Source: a virus (lineage: Duplodnaviria; Caudoviricetes). Taken from it: 50,601 nucleotides of DNA. Position numbers and translations under genes: made by a program. Below the pieces are notes generated by a model, which was not told where the DNA came from, made no database searches, and was given only the letters and a program-made list of their open reading frames with translations. Below are positions 1 through 8,200 of the stretch, piece by piece. Numbering within the stretch: the first letter of the stretch is position 1; each line of letters starts with the position of its first letter. The DNA lies in the IMG/VR virus record IMGVR_UViG_3300036770_004099, positions 1 to 50,601 of that record; one strand, written 5' to 3'.

Positions 1-236
1 GGGGATCATCTGATAGGCTACAAGCAGACGTCCAAGCATTAGGTCCAGAAAACTTCACCAGAGAAATACTTTATCTTTGCAAATCCAAGGCAGAAATGTC
101 ATATCTAGAAGCAAGAGAGCAGTTCGAACGCCGAGTCTTAGAAACAGATGACTATTATAATGGTATTATAAATGTTAGAGTTGGCGGCTCGAACATATTA
201 AGGCAACGTCTTTTAGAACAAAATCAGGCAAAATAA
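1..236 (+). CDS. 3' end (partial) of a small GIY-YIG-like nuclease of T4-like phages
   Basis: Frame starting at nt 3 reads GSSDRLQADVQALGPENFTREILYLCKSKAEMSYLEAREQFERRVLETDDYYNGIINVRVGG..., stop TAA at 234-236. The G.ENF.REIL...E...YYN pattern matches the C-terminal half of GIY-YIG (Seg-like) domains. Not in the ORF track because it is truncated. Confidence 0.7.
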   Translation, partial: GSSDRLQADVQALGPENFTREILYLCKSKAEMSYLEAREQFERRVLETDDYYNGIINVRVGGSNILRQRLLEQNQAK

Positions 237-249
237 AAGCGGTTTTTGG

Positions 250-620
250 CTTGCACTGGCTTATTTTCAAGTGCCTAAGAACAACTGGACCACGGGTCTC
301 AGGGACGGAAATCTACGCCGCAGTAGTACTCAACCACTATCCTTAACAGGACGTTAATGGCAAAGACCTTGCTGTATGGTTGTTTGGAGAGCGAAATAGG
401 CAAAATGAGGGGAGAAAAACCCCACGTCTATGCAGATGATAGCAGATCTGTATAGGCCGCCGTTGTGATAAGACTGAGCTCGAGGTACCGGACAACCGCC
501 TCTGTAATCGCTCTACTGCTGTGTGACATTGTTCGACTCGGATAATGCTTCTTAGCCCTTGATTGGGCTAAGTGTGACTGAACGATCTGGATAATACTAA
601 CTTTGCGCTTCGCGCAAAAA
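250..620 (+). ncRNA. Putative large structured non-coding RNA (family unassigned)
   Basis: No convincing ORF. More than 10 helices readable by eye, e.g. 428-437/446-455, 551-558/565-572, 331-336/377-382, 527-535/539-547. Long-range pair 304-308/460-464 and a loop pseudoknot 441-445/516-520. G-U pairs favour the + strand. Confidence 0.6.
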
Positions 621-709
621 AATAATTTCACGCATCTTTGGAATAATTAAAAGAAAGAGAAATTGCGTTGAGCGCAAGCGAAAACGCAAACGAGCGTTAG
701 CTCGTTTTT
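602..709. other. Cluster of three stable hairpins around an AT-rich spacer; the last (688-709) is terminator-like
   Basis: TTTGCG-CTTCG-CGCAAA (602-618); TTGCGTT-GAGCGCAAGCGAA-AACGCAA (663-689); AAACGAGC-GTTA-GCTCGTTT followed by TT (688-709). Confidence 0.6.
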
Positions 710-711
710 CA

Positions 712-719
712 AATAAATA
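712..719 (+). promoter_or_regulatory. T4-type late promoter (AATAAATA)
   Basis: Near match to the gp55 consensus TATAAATA, 24 nt upstream of ATG 744. Confidence 0.65.
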
Positions 720-743
720 AACTATATTCTTTGGATCTAGACG

Positions 744-2642
744 ATGAGATTACTACACCTCGAACCTCAACTGAAAAGAAATTATCTCTATGAAAGCCTA
801 GATAATTCTGGAAGAGATTCTATAATACTATGGGAAACTGCTGGAGTTAAACTCAAAGAAGCAGCATTGACCGCTGATCAGATACAGGGACTGTTCAAGG
901 AAATCGAAACAGCCCAGACAGCCGCAGGCGGTAACAGAACCATGTTAGGCAAAGGCAAGGATGCTGCATCAGCAGTTAACAAAGCCTGGGAAGATCTCAA
1001 AACAAAGATACAAGATTCAGGCCCTGTCAAAGATTTCGATCAAAAGGTCAGTGATGTGCTCAGCAAAATCGGCATGGGCGCTGAAGATCCTCAATTCCAA
1101 GGCGAAGTCAGTGGTTGGGTGCAGAAATACAGAAAGTTTGCCAAAGAACATCCCATACTGCAGGGTGCTATCTATGCCACGCTGATCGCTTTGGCTGGTA
1201 TCTCAGGTGCTGGCGTAGGTGGTGCCGTGGCTCTAGGTCTGCTCAAGATGGCAGACCAACTGCTGCAGGGCAAGCGTGCCTCTAGTGCAGCCTATTCAGG
1301 TGTCAAGGCCGGTGCTATGGCATTCGCTGCCAGCAAACTAGGTGACCTGATCAAAGGCATGAAGCCCGGTGATCAGGTTCCCAAAGTCATTGACGGCCAG
1401 GACATAGTGGATATTCCGGGCGTGCCTAAGATGGATTTCCAGAAATACGATTACTATCTAGGTGACAGCGGCAACGTGGTAGCAGTTCCCAAAGGTATGG
1501 GCAATCCCTTCACAGGTGGGGGCGGAGCAGGTGGTATCGGCAACATTGACGGTGCTGACCTAGTTCCGTCCGGTGCTAAAATCACAGACCTTTCCAATCG
1601 AATCTTTGATCAAAGCCTCAGCAATGTCGAAGGTAGACATGCGGCTCGTCAGGCAGTGTCTGCTGCTCTAAAAGCCGGAGACCTTACCGCTGAACAAGGC
1701 AAAGAATTGATCAAGCAGATAGGTTCGGCAGCAGCCAATCCCGAAGCTGCTGAACGGGTCATAGCACAGACTCTACAGAATGTAGGAGGCAGCGCGGCTA
1801 AAAGTGCTGCCAAGAGCGCAGGTACATCTATCGCTGACATAGCATCTTCTGTTTCTGATCTGCCCGTGGGAGGAGGTATCAAAGCACCAGATTTCGATCC
1901 AGGAGACCTACCCAAAGGTGCTGATTCGGTATCTTCTGGTGGCGGCGCCACATTAGAAAAACCTTCCGCTGGACTCAAATACGATATCATCGACGGTGCC
2001 AAGACCGTAGATTTTGGAGGATCTAAATACACGTTCGCCGGGCTAGGTGAAACACCACCCGAAGGTGTAGAGATAGTTAACAAAGTCAAAGGCAGTCAAG
2101 GTATGATCGGTATTAGAGGTATCAAACCTGTGACACTGAGCCTAGGTTCGGATGGCAAATATTATAATCTCGGTGATTCTGTGATACGCACGGGCCGTGC
2201 GCTCAGCGAAGGTCAGGTCTACATGGTGTTCAATCGTGTGGTCTCTCGCAATGATCAGATGCTCAGCGAAGGACGATTAGTTGAAGGACCGTTAGATGCT
2301 ATCAAAGGTGCCGCAGGCAAAGCCATGGACTGGGCCAAGACCAAAGGCAAAAACCTAACTACTAAAATTACTGCAGACAAATTAAACTCAGCATGGCAGA
2401 AAGCCGGTTCGCCCACAGACAGCAACGCAGTCGCTGACTTCTTAAAAGCACAAGGAGTAGCAGACACGGTGGTCAGCACGGTGTATCAACAGTTGAAACT
2501 GCCTGAACCAGGAGCCGCAGCAGCAGGTCCTGAGGCAGGTGCTGTAGATATCGAATCGGTCAAACAGATGATTGCTAAATTGCCTACAGAACGCAAGATA
2601 CGATTGATAAATTATATGAAAAATCAACTCAAGGTGGCCTAA
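744..2642 (+). CDS. Hypothetical virion protein, probable internal head/ejection protein (632 aa)
   Basis: Long ORF after a late promoter; L-x-E motifs (LYES, LKEA, LSEG, LVEG); hydrophobic segment ILQGAIYATLIALAGISGAGVGGAVALGLL; Ala/Gly-rich. Confidence 0.6.
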   Translation: MRLLHLEPQLKRNYLYESLDNSGRDSIILWETAGVKLKEAALTADQIQGLFKEIETAQTAAGGNRTMLGKGKDAASAVNKAWEDLKTKIQDSGPVKDFDQKVSDVLSKIGMGAEDPQFQGEVSGWVQKYRKFAKEHPILQGAIYATLIALAGISGAGVGGAVALGLLKMADQLLQGKRASSAAYSGVKAGAMAFAASKLGDLIKGMKPGDQVPKVIDGQDIVDIPGVPKMDFQKYDYYLGDSGNVVAVPKGMGNPFTGGGGAGGIGNIDGADLVPSGAKITDLSNRIFDQSLSNVEGRHAARQAVSAALKAGDLTAEQGKELIKQIGSAAANPEAAERVIAQTLQNVGGSAAKSAAKSAGTSIADIASSVSDLPVGGGIKAPDFDPGDLPKGADSVSSGGGATLEKPSAGLKYDIIDGAKTVDFGGSKYTFAGLGETPPEGVEIVNKVKGSQGMIGIRGIKPVTLSLGSDGKYYNLGDSVIRTGRALSEGQVYMVFNRVVSRNDQMLSEGRLVEGPLDAIKGAAGKAMDWAKTKGKNLTTKITADKLNSAWQKAGSPTDSNAVADFLKAQGVADTVVSTVYQQLKLPEPGAAAAGPEAGAVDIESVKQMIAKLPTERKIRLINYMKNQLKVA

Positions 2643-3970
2643 TGAAGATCGCAGAAATACTACTAGAATCCCAACTGCAAGAAGGTCCATTGCTGAACAA
2701 ACTAGGTTCAGCCATAGGCAAAGGTGTAGGAACATTGGCCAAAGGTGCTGGAGCAGTGGCCGGAGGTATCGCTGGTATTGGAACTGCTTTGAAAAAAGGG
2801 TATCAGGCTGGCAAAGCGCAGGTAGGTGCTGCTGGCGATGATACAGCAGAACCTGCGGCAGCACCGCAATCACAACCTGCTGCCGGTGGCGCATCAGCAG
2901 GCAAACCTGCAGCACAGACACCATCTAAATCGGCAGGTGCTACAGGATCGAGTGGCGCTGCTGGTGCTACGGGATCGAGTGGCGCTGCTGGTGCTACGGG
3001 ATCGAGTGGCGCTGCTGGTGCTACGGGATCGAGTGGCGCTGCTGGAAAACCAGGTGCTGCTGGACAAGATGGTGCTGCTGGACAAGATGGTGCTGCTGGA
3101 CAAGATGGTGCTGCTGGACAAGATGGTGCTGCTGGACAAGATGGTGCTGCTGGTGCTGCTGGAAAACCAGGTGCTGCAGGTGCTACGGGATCGAGCGGTG
3201 CTGCTGGACAAGATGGTGCTGCTGGACAAGATGGTGCTGCTGGACAAGATGGTGCTAAACGAGGTGTATCAAAGCCAGGAAAACCCACTTTTACCGGAGT
3301 ACCTGATTCTCAAGGAAGGATTGAACCTAAGATGGGATCTGCAGAACCTGCCAACGATTCTCAGTATGCCCAAGCACAAAAAGCTATAGCAGCACTACAA
3401 CCTGCCGATCAGAAACAAATATTAACTACTTTGCAATCGGATCCAAAAGTTAAAGCCTCTCTAGATAAACAGTTAAACAAACAACCTGCAGCAACACCTG
3501 CAGCAACACCTGCAGCATCTGAGAAGAAACCCGAAGCCGCTGGTAAGAAATCGACCATGCCAAAGAAAAAAGTAGCACCAACTCAGGCAGAGATCGATGC
3601 TGATCGAAATCGTGTAATGGGAATGACTTCAGACAGCATCATAAGAAAAAATAAATCGTTGATTGAAAATATTGATGAAGCAGGATTGATGGCTAAACTA
3701 GGAACCAAAGTAGGACAAGCAGCACAGTCAGTAGGTTCGGCCGCAGGACAAGCAGTTGGAACAGTCCAACAGGCAATAGCAGATCCTGAACATTCTAAAG
3801 CATTAGTCAAAGCATTTGCTAAAGGAGATACCAGTGCTGATCCAAACAGTGCTCCTCCGATACAGGATAGCAGTGGTACGGTACCTAGACCTATTATCGA
3901 CAAAATTAATCAATTAAATTTAGAGCAACGTGCAGAATTGCATAAACTCATTACACAGAAAACAGTATGA
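2642..3970 (+). CDS. Collagen-repeat protein, probable internal head protein (442 aa)
   Basis: Coupled to the previous gene by a TAATG overlap; N-terminus MKIAEILLESQLQEG; 36 consecutive Gly-X-Y triplets. Confidence 0.65.
   Translation: MKIAEILLESQLQEGPLLNKLGSAIGKGVGTLAKGAGAVAGGIAGIGTALKKGYQAGKAQVGAAGDDTAEPAAAPQSQPAAGGASAGKPAAQTPSKSAGATGSSGAAGATGSSGAAGATGSSGAAGATGSSGAAGKPGAAGQDGAAGQDGAAGQDGAAGQDGAAGQDGAAGAAGKPGAAGATGSSGAAGQDGAAGQDGAAGQDGAKRGVSKPGKPTFTGVPDSQGRIEPKMGSAEPANDSQYAQAQKAIAALQPADQKQILTTLQSDPKVKASLDKQLNKQPAATPAATPAASEKKPEAAGKKSTMPKKKVAPTQAEIDADRNRVMGMTSDSIIRKNKSLIENIDEAGLMAKLGTKVGQAAQSVGSAAGQAVGTVQQAIADPEHSKALVKAFAKGDTSADPNSAPPIQDSSGTVPRPIIDKINQLNLEQRAELHKLITQKTV
2936..3259 (+). repeat. 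Coding tandem repeats (27-nt GATGSSGAA and 18-nt GQDGAA units) forming a collagen-like (Gly-X-Y)36 tract
   Basis: ggtgctacgggatcgagtggcgctgct-type unit x4 plus 1; ggacaagatggtgctgct x5 plus x3 (last copy degenerate). Confidence 0.95.
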
Positions 3971-4086
3971 AATTTCAAGAACTCACCGAACAAGAAATTG
4001 ACATTAATGCTTTGGCTGATGAAATAGTCAAAGGCGGAATGCAGGTCTACGAAATGGTTAAAAAATTAATCGAACCAAAAAATTAA
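3967..4086 (+). CDS. Small hypothetical protein (39 aa) MKFQELTEQEIDINALADEIVKGGMQVYEMVKKLIEPKN
   Basis: ATGA overlap with the upstream stop; N-terminus resembles T4 internal-protein capsid-targeting sequences; below the ORF-track cutoff. Confidence 0.55.
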   Translation: MKFQELTEQEIDINALADEIVKGGMQVYEMVKKLIEPKN

Positions 4087-4313
4087 AAGAACGGTAATTT
4101 TGTTTTTTTAGTTGTTTCGAGATTTTCTTTGATAATTTCGCCTACGATCAACCGCTCATCATAACTTAATGTCAGCGCTTCCTGATAACTCATGCCGCGC
4201 ATATACCAACAGATCTTAAGCAGATCTTTTTTGATGTCTCGTTCTTCTTTTTCCAGTTGTTTAACATACTCCTGGATCTCAACCAGAGACAGTGTCAAGA
4301 TCCTTTGGCGAAA
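4083..4313 (-). CDS. Baseplate/tail assembly chaperone C-terminal module (gp51-like), probably expressed as a -1 frameshift extension of the upstream gene
   Basis: Reads ...RQRILTLSLVEIQEYVKQLEKEERDIKKDLLKICWYMRGMSYQEALTLSYDERLIV...KLPFF; lies in the -1 frame directly after the slippery sequence at 4310-4319. Confidence 0.6.
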   Translation of the reverse strand, partial: FRQRILTLSLVEIQEYVKQLEKEERDIKKDLLKICWYMRGMSYQEALTLSYDERLIVGEIIKENLETTKKTKLPFF

Positions 4314-5173
4314 AAATTTGTTTGATCTAACTCTAGATTCACAGACCATTCGTGTCCGCAATTTGAACATTTGACCTGTTGCGACTGCATTTTCATCACT
4401 TCTTTCATGTGATCTACATGATCTTTGATAGTGTTAAAAATCTCGCTAGTGGTATTTTCTATAAAGTTTTTTATAATGTCAGTGTCAGATACTGTGCCTT
4501 CTGGAGTGGTGATACTTTCGATACAACCGCATATGACATCCACAGTCATTTCTGTGAGTTTTAAAAAACTAGAACCAAAGCGTTCGAGTTTTTCTTCATC
4601 GCTCATGTTTTCGTCATTGACCACAGCAAAAATTTTCTGTTGTTCTAGAGTTTTAATCGCAGTCTTTGAAACTTCTCTATAAGAATAAGGACGTATCTTT
4701 ATAGTCAACGGGCCTATCTGTAAAGTATCTTCATAAACAAATTGTGAAACAGTATCTAAATATCCTAGTAAACTCATAACGAAATCATTCAACGTTTGGC
4801 AATTAGGACAGGTAGATGTGACATCCATATTATCACCGTAGGTAGCGATACGAATAGCAACCAAACAGGCATCGAGATCTAAACTGGGCATCTGCCATGG
4901 ATCTTTGATCGCAGGAATACAACTTTTAATCACGCTCACGGTAGCCTGTCCATTCATCAAAGCGTCCGGAGTTTTAAACATCAATTCGTCTTTGGCTGTC
5001 ATGGCAAACACAGGATATTCGTCGATGGCGCTGTGATCCAACGATCCTTCTGGATAAAATCTTCCTTGGCTAGGCAATCTAATAAAGATTTTTGGTTGTC
5101 TAAAATAATTTGATAGAGGATTTCCAGCAGTCTTTACTGCCTGTGCGATTGGATTCACCTGTTGTTCCGACAT
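4295..5173 (-). CDS. gp26: Baseplate hub assembly protein, T4 gp26-like (292 aa)
   Basis: NPL..YFRQPK..I.LPS.G.FY, MTAKDEL..KTPDAL.NG, D.DA.L.AIRIATYG, two CxxC pairs (CPNC, CSNC), terminal NFF motif; adjacent to the tape-measure-like gene. Confidence 0.75.
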   Translation of the reverse strand: MSEQQVNPIAQAVKTAGNPLSNYFRQPKIFIRLPSQGRFYPEGSLDHSAIDEYPVFAMTAKDELMFKTPDALMNGQATVSVIKSCIPAIKDPWQMPSLDLDACLVAIRIATYGDNMDVTSTCPNCQTLNDFVMSLLGYLDTVSQFVYEDTLQIGPLTIKIRPYSYREVSKTAIKTLEQQKIFAVVNDENMSDEEKLERFGSSFLKLTEMTVDVICGCIESITTPEGTVSDTDIIKNFIENTTSEIFNTIKDHVDHMKEVMKMQSQQVKCSNCGHEWSVNLELDQTNFFAKGS

Positions 5174-5183
5174 ATTTTTCTCC

Positions 5184-5191
5184 GATAAATA
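5184..5191 (+). promoter_or_regulatory. Late promoter GATAAATA for 5241
   Basis: Match to the TATAAATA-like core. Confidence 0.6.
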
Positions 5192-5206
5192 TAATATCTA
5201 TGCAGT

Positions 5207-5214
5207 TATTTATA
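5207..5214 (-). promoter_or_regulatory. Late promoter TATAAATA for the gp26-like gene
   Basis: Perfect T4 late consensus on the minus strand. Confidence 0.75.
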
Positions 5215-5240
5215 TGCGTAGTTTTTGGGATTTTTACTAA

Positions 5241-8200
5241 ATGGCAGAAGTAACCGGAGACCTTGGCGGTCAACCAATCCAATTAAACAATGCGGCCACA
5301 GAAGCCACTTTAAAAGAGATCCTCGCTGCTCTCTTGAAACAAGGTGTAGGCGGAAAAGGCGGTAAAGCCCAAAAAGATCTAGAAAATAAATTAAAAGAAC
5401 TAGCGGATCAAACCAAAGAACTCACAGACGCTCAAAAAGATGCATTGAAACAAGCCGATGCCATCAAAAAGAAAAAAGAAGAAGAAATCAAGCAGGCTGC
5501 TGAACTAGGAGAAGCCTATAGAGGACTGCTCGGTGCCGCCCTAGGATTGATCACAGGAATGACTAATGTGATCAGCACCTTGAGCAGATTAGACAATTCC
5601 ATGACTGCTGCGGCGCAGAGCATGAGTGCCATTCCTATCGTAGGCGGTGCGATGGCCACGGTATTTGGAGCGGTTACCGGAGCAGCCGAACGAACATACA
5701 AAGCATTTCAACAGGCAGCCAGCGTAGGTGCTAACTTTGGAGGTAGCATCACTGACATGGTCAATGCTGCATCTGGTGCCGGGTTGACGTTTGATCAGTT
5801 TTCAGGAATAGTTTCTAGGACAGGTTCGGATCTAGCACTGCTGGGAGGCAGTACTGCAGAAGGTGCTAAACGATTAGCACAACTAGGCAAAGGTATCAAA
5901 GATTCTAATCTAGGTAAAGAATTGGCCAGAATGGGATACTCCACTGAACAGATCAACGAAAGCATGGCCAAGTACAGCGGAGTCATGGCCAAGACCGGAG
6001 CACTGTCTGGAATGAGCAACAGCCAATTAATCGCTCAGACCGGACAATATCTACAGAATCTAGATGCGGTATCGAAACTCACAGGTCTAAACAAAAAAGA
6101 TCTCGAAGACCAACGTGCCCAGATGATGAAAGATTCTCAGATACGTAATACTCTGAGAAAGATGGATGCTACCAGCCAAGAAGAACTGATGGCGTTTTTA
6201 CAGACTTTACCTCCGGAATTACAGGAAGGTGCCAAAGAAGTCATAGCCACAGGAACGGCTACCACAGAAGCCGGCAAAGCAGCATTGCAGTATCTGCCCG
6301 ATTCGGGTAGAGCATTTATGCAGATGAATGCTCAGATTCGACAGACAGGTAAATTTACCAAAGAAAACAACCAGGCATTAAACGCATCTATACAGGCAGA
6401 AGCCAAACGTGTTGCAAATAGTGACCTAGCAGAGAACATGAGACTCTTTGGTGACAAATATGCACAGGGAGTTTTCACAGCCATCGACGACGTTGCTGCA
6501 AGACAAAAAACTTCAGCACAGATCGCAGATGAAACACGAAAAGCCAACGAAGAAAGATTGAGGAAAGAGAAGTTAGGCATCAAAGAAGTTGATCCTGCTA
6601 AACTAAAAGATTTCCAAGAAAAAATCGCTAATATCAGTAATCAATTCAGTGTATTACTAGTAAACAGTGGACTGTTAGATACATTTATGAAAACGTTTGA
6701 GACCATGGTCGGTTTCGTTCAAAATGTAATCGTTCCCACGTTCTCGTTCTTGGCCGATAATGCTGGAATATTAGCATTGGTGCTAGCGCCATTAGTAGGA
6801 CTCATTGGATTGACCAGTCTTGCTATGGGGGCATTAACACTGGCTACTAATCTAGAAACGTTGGCTAAAAATGGAGGAATAAAAGCCACTCTACAACAGG
6901 CAGCAGCATCGATTGCATCTGCGCTGGGATTAGGAAAAGTAGCAGCCGCAGCCTGGGCAGCTGCTTTACCATTTATTAAAATTGCTCTACCGGTAATAGC
7001 ATTGATCGCGGCATTTAAATTGCTATACAATGCAGGTTGGAGTTTTGGTGATGTCTTAGAAGCCATGGGAGATAATCTCAAACGATTTGGTATAGGTTAT
7101 GTTGATATATGGTTAGCCATCGCAGAAAAAATCGCAAAGTTTTTTGGTGGTGGTGATAAAATAAAGGCTATGAGAGAATCATTAGACCTTGAAAGGAAAG
7201 AATTAGACGAAAAAGAAAAAGCCAGAGATCAAAGAAGAAAAGAGAGACGAGAAGAAAGAGGTATTAAAGAACAAGAAAACAGACTTTCTAGAGAAGCCTT
7301 AGAATTACAGCAAAAAGAAAATGAGGCTAAAAAAGAAGGTCAAAACGCTGCTCCCACGACTCCGGGAGGTGCCTATGATCTAAGCACACCTCAAAAAATG
7401 TTTGAAAGTGCATTACGCAGGCAACAAGGAGCAGCAGCACAACCCGGTTCAGCAGCAGTAGCGCCGGGCCTTGGTGGAATGGCTGCACGATTTGAATCGG
7501 GTGCGGCAGGATCGGCAGCAGTAGGCTGGGATTCGACAGGTGGAACCAGTTACGGAAAATATCAGATAGCGACCAAAACTGGAACCATGAATAAGTTCAT
7601 GGAACATCTCAAGGCCACTAATCCAGAAGCCTATGAAAGATTAACTAAAGCAGGTCCGGCAGATTCTGGCAAAGACGGTGCATTCGCACAAGAATGGAAA
7701 AAATTAGCCGGAGAAGGAAAACTAGCCCAGTCTGAACATGAATTTATTAAAAAGACACACTATGACGTAGGTGCAGCAGGTCTCAAAGATAAAAATCTAC
7801 AAGATATGTTAGGCAAGAGCAAGGCTCTACAAGAAGTGATGTGGAGCACATCTGTACAGCATGGTGGCGGTGGTGCCTCTGGAATATTCAATAAAGTGTT
7901 CAAGGAGGGCATGACCGAAGAAGACTTGATCAAAGCCATCTATGCAGAAAGAGGACAGAGATTTGGTTCTAGCACTGCACAGGTACGCACCAGCGTTCAA
8001 AATAGATTCGCACAAGAACAACAGTTGGCGCTCGGTATGATTGGTCAACCCGGATCTTCGACCCAAACCGCAGCCGCTCAAAATAATAATGCTTCAGCCA
8101 CTCCATCCGCAGCCGCAGCTCAAACTGCAATGACACCGCCTCAACCAGTAGCGCAAACTTCGACACAACCAACACCTGCGGCTGTACAAGCGGCCGCACA

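Noticed and set aside
250-620. Group I/II intron, RNase P, tmRNA or tRNA identity for the structured region
   Set aside because: No interrupted gene; I could not find P7 (R/S) elements, a canonical domain V, GAGGAAAGUCC or a T-arm/CCA end. The GAGC...GCUC stem at 476-513 only superficially resembles domain V.
428-631. 67-aa minus-strand ORF
   Set aside because: GTG start without an SD and no recognisable motifs; the region is better explained as structured RNA.
3056-3256. Direct repeats as a possible CRISPR or guide-RNA array
   Set aside because: Units are head-to-tail with no unique spacers, have lengths in multiples of 3 and code in frame; no cas genes are present.
2803-3389. Overlapping repetitive ORFs (161 aa and 117 aa minus strand, 187 aa plus strand)
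   Set aside because: Shadow frames of the collagen-coding tandem repeat; no independent SD or promoter.
4314-4370. ATG 4370 as the start of the 95-aa ORF
   Set aside because: It lies inside the gp26-like gene without an SD; a frameshift at 4310-4319 explains the ORF better, though a start at the internal MRG/MSY is not excluded.
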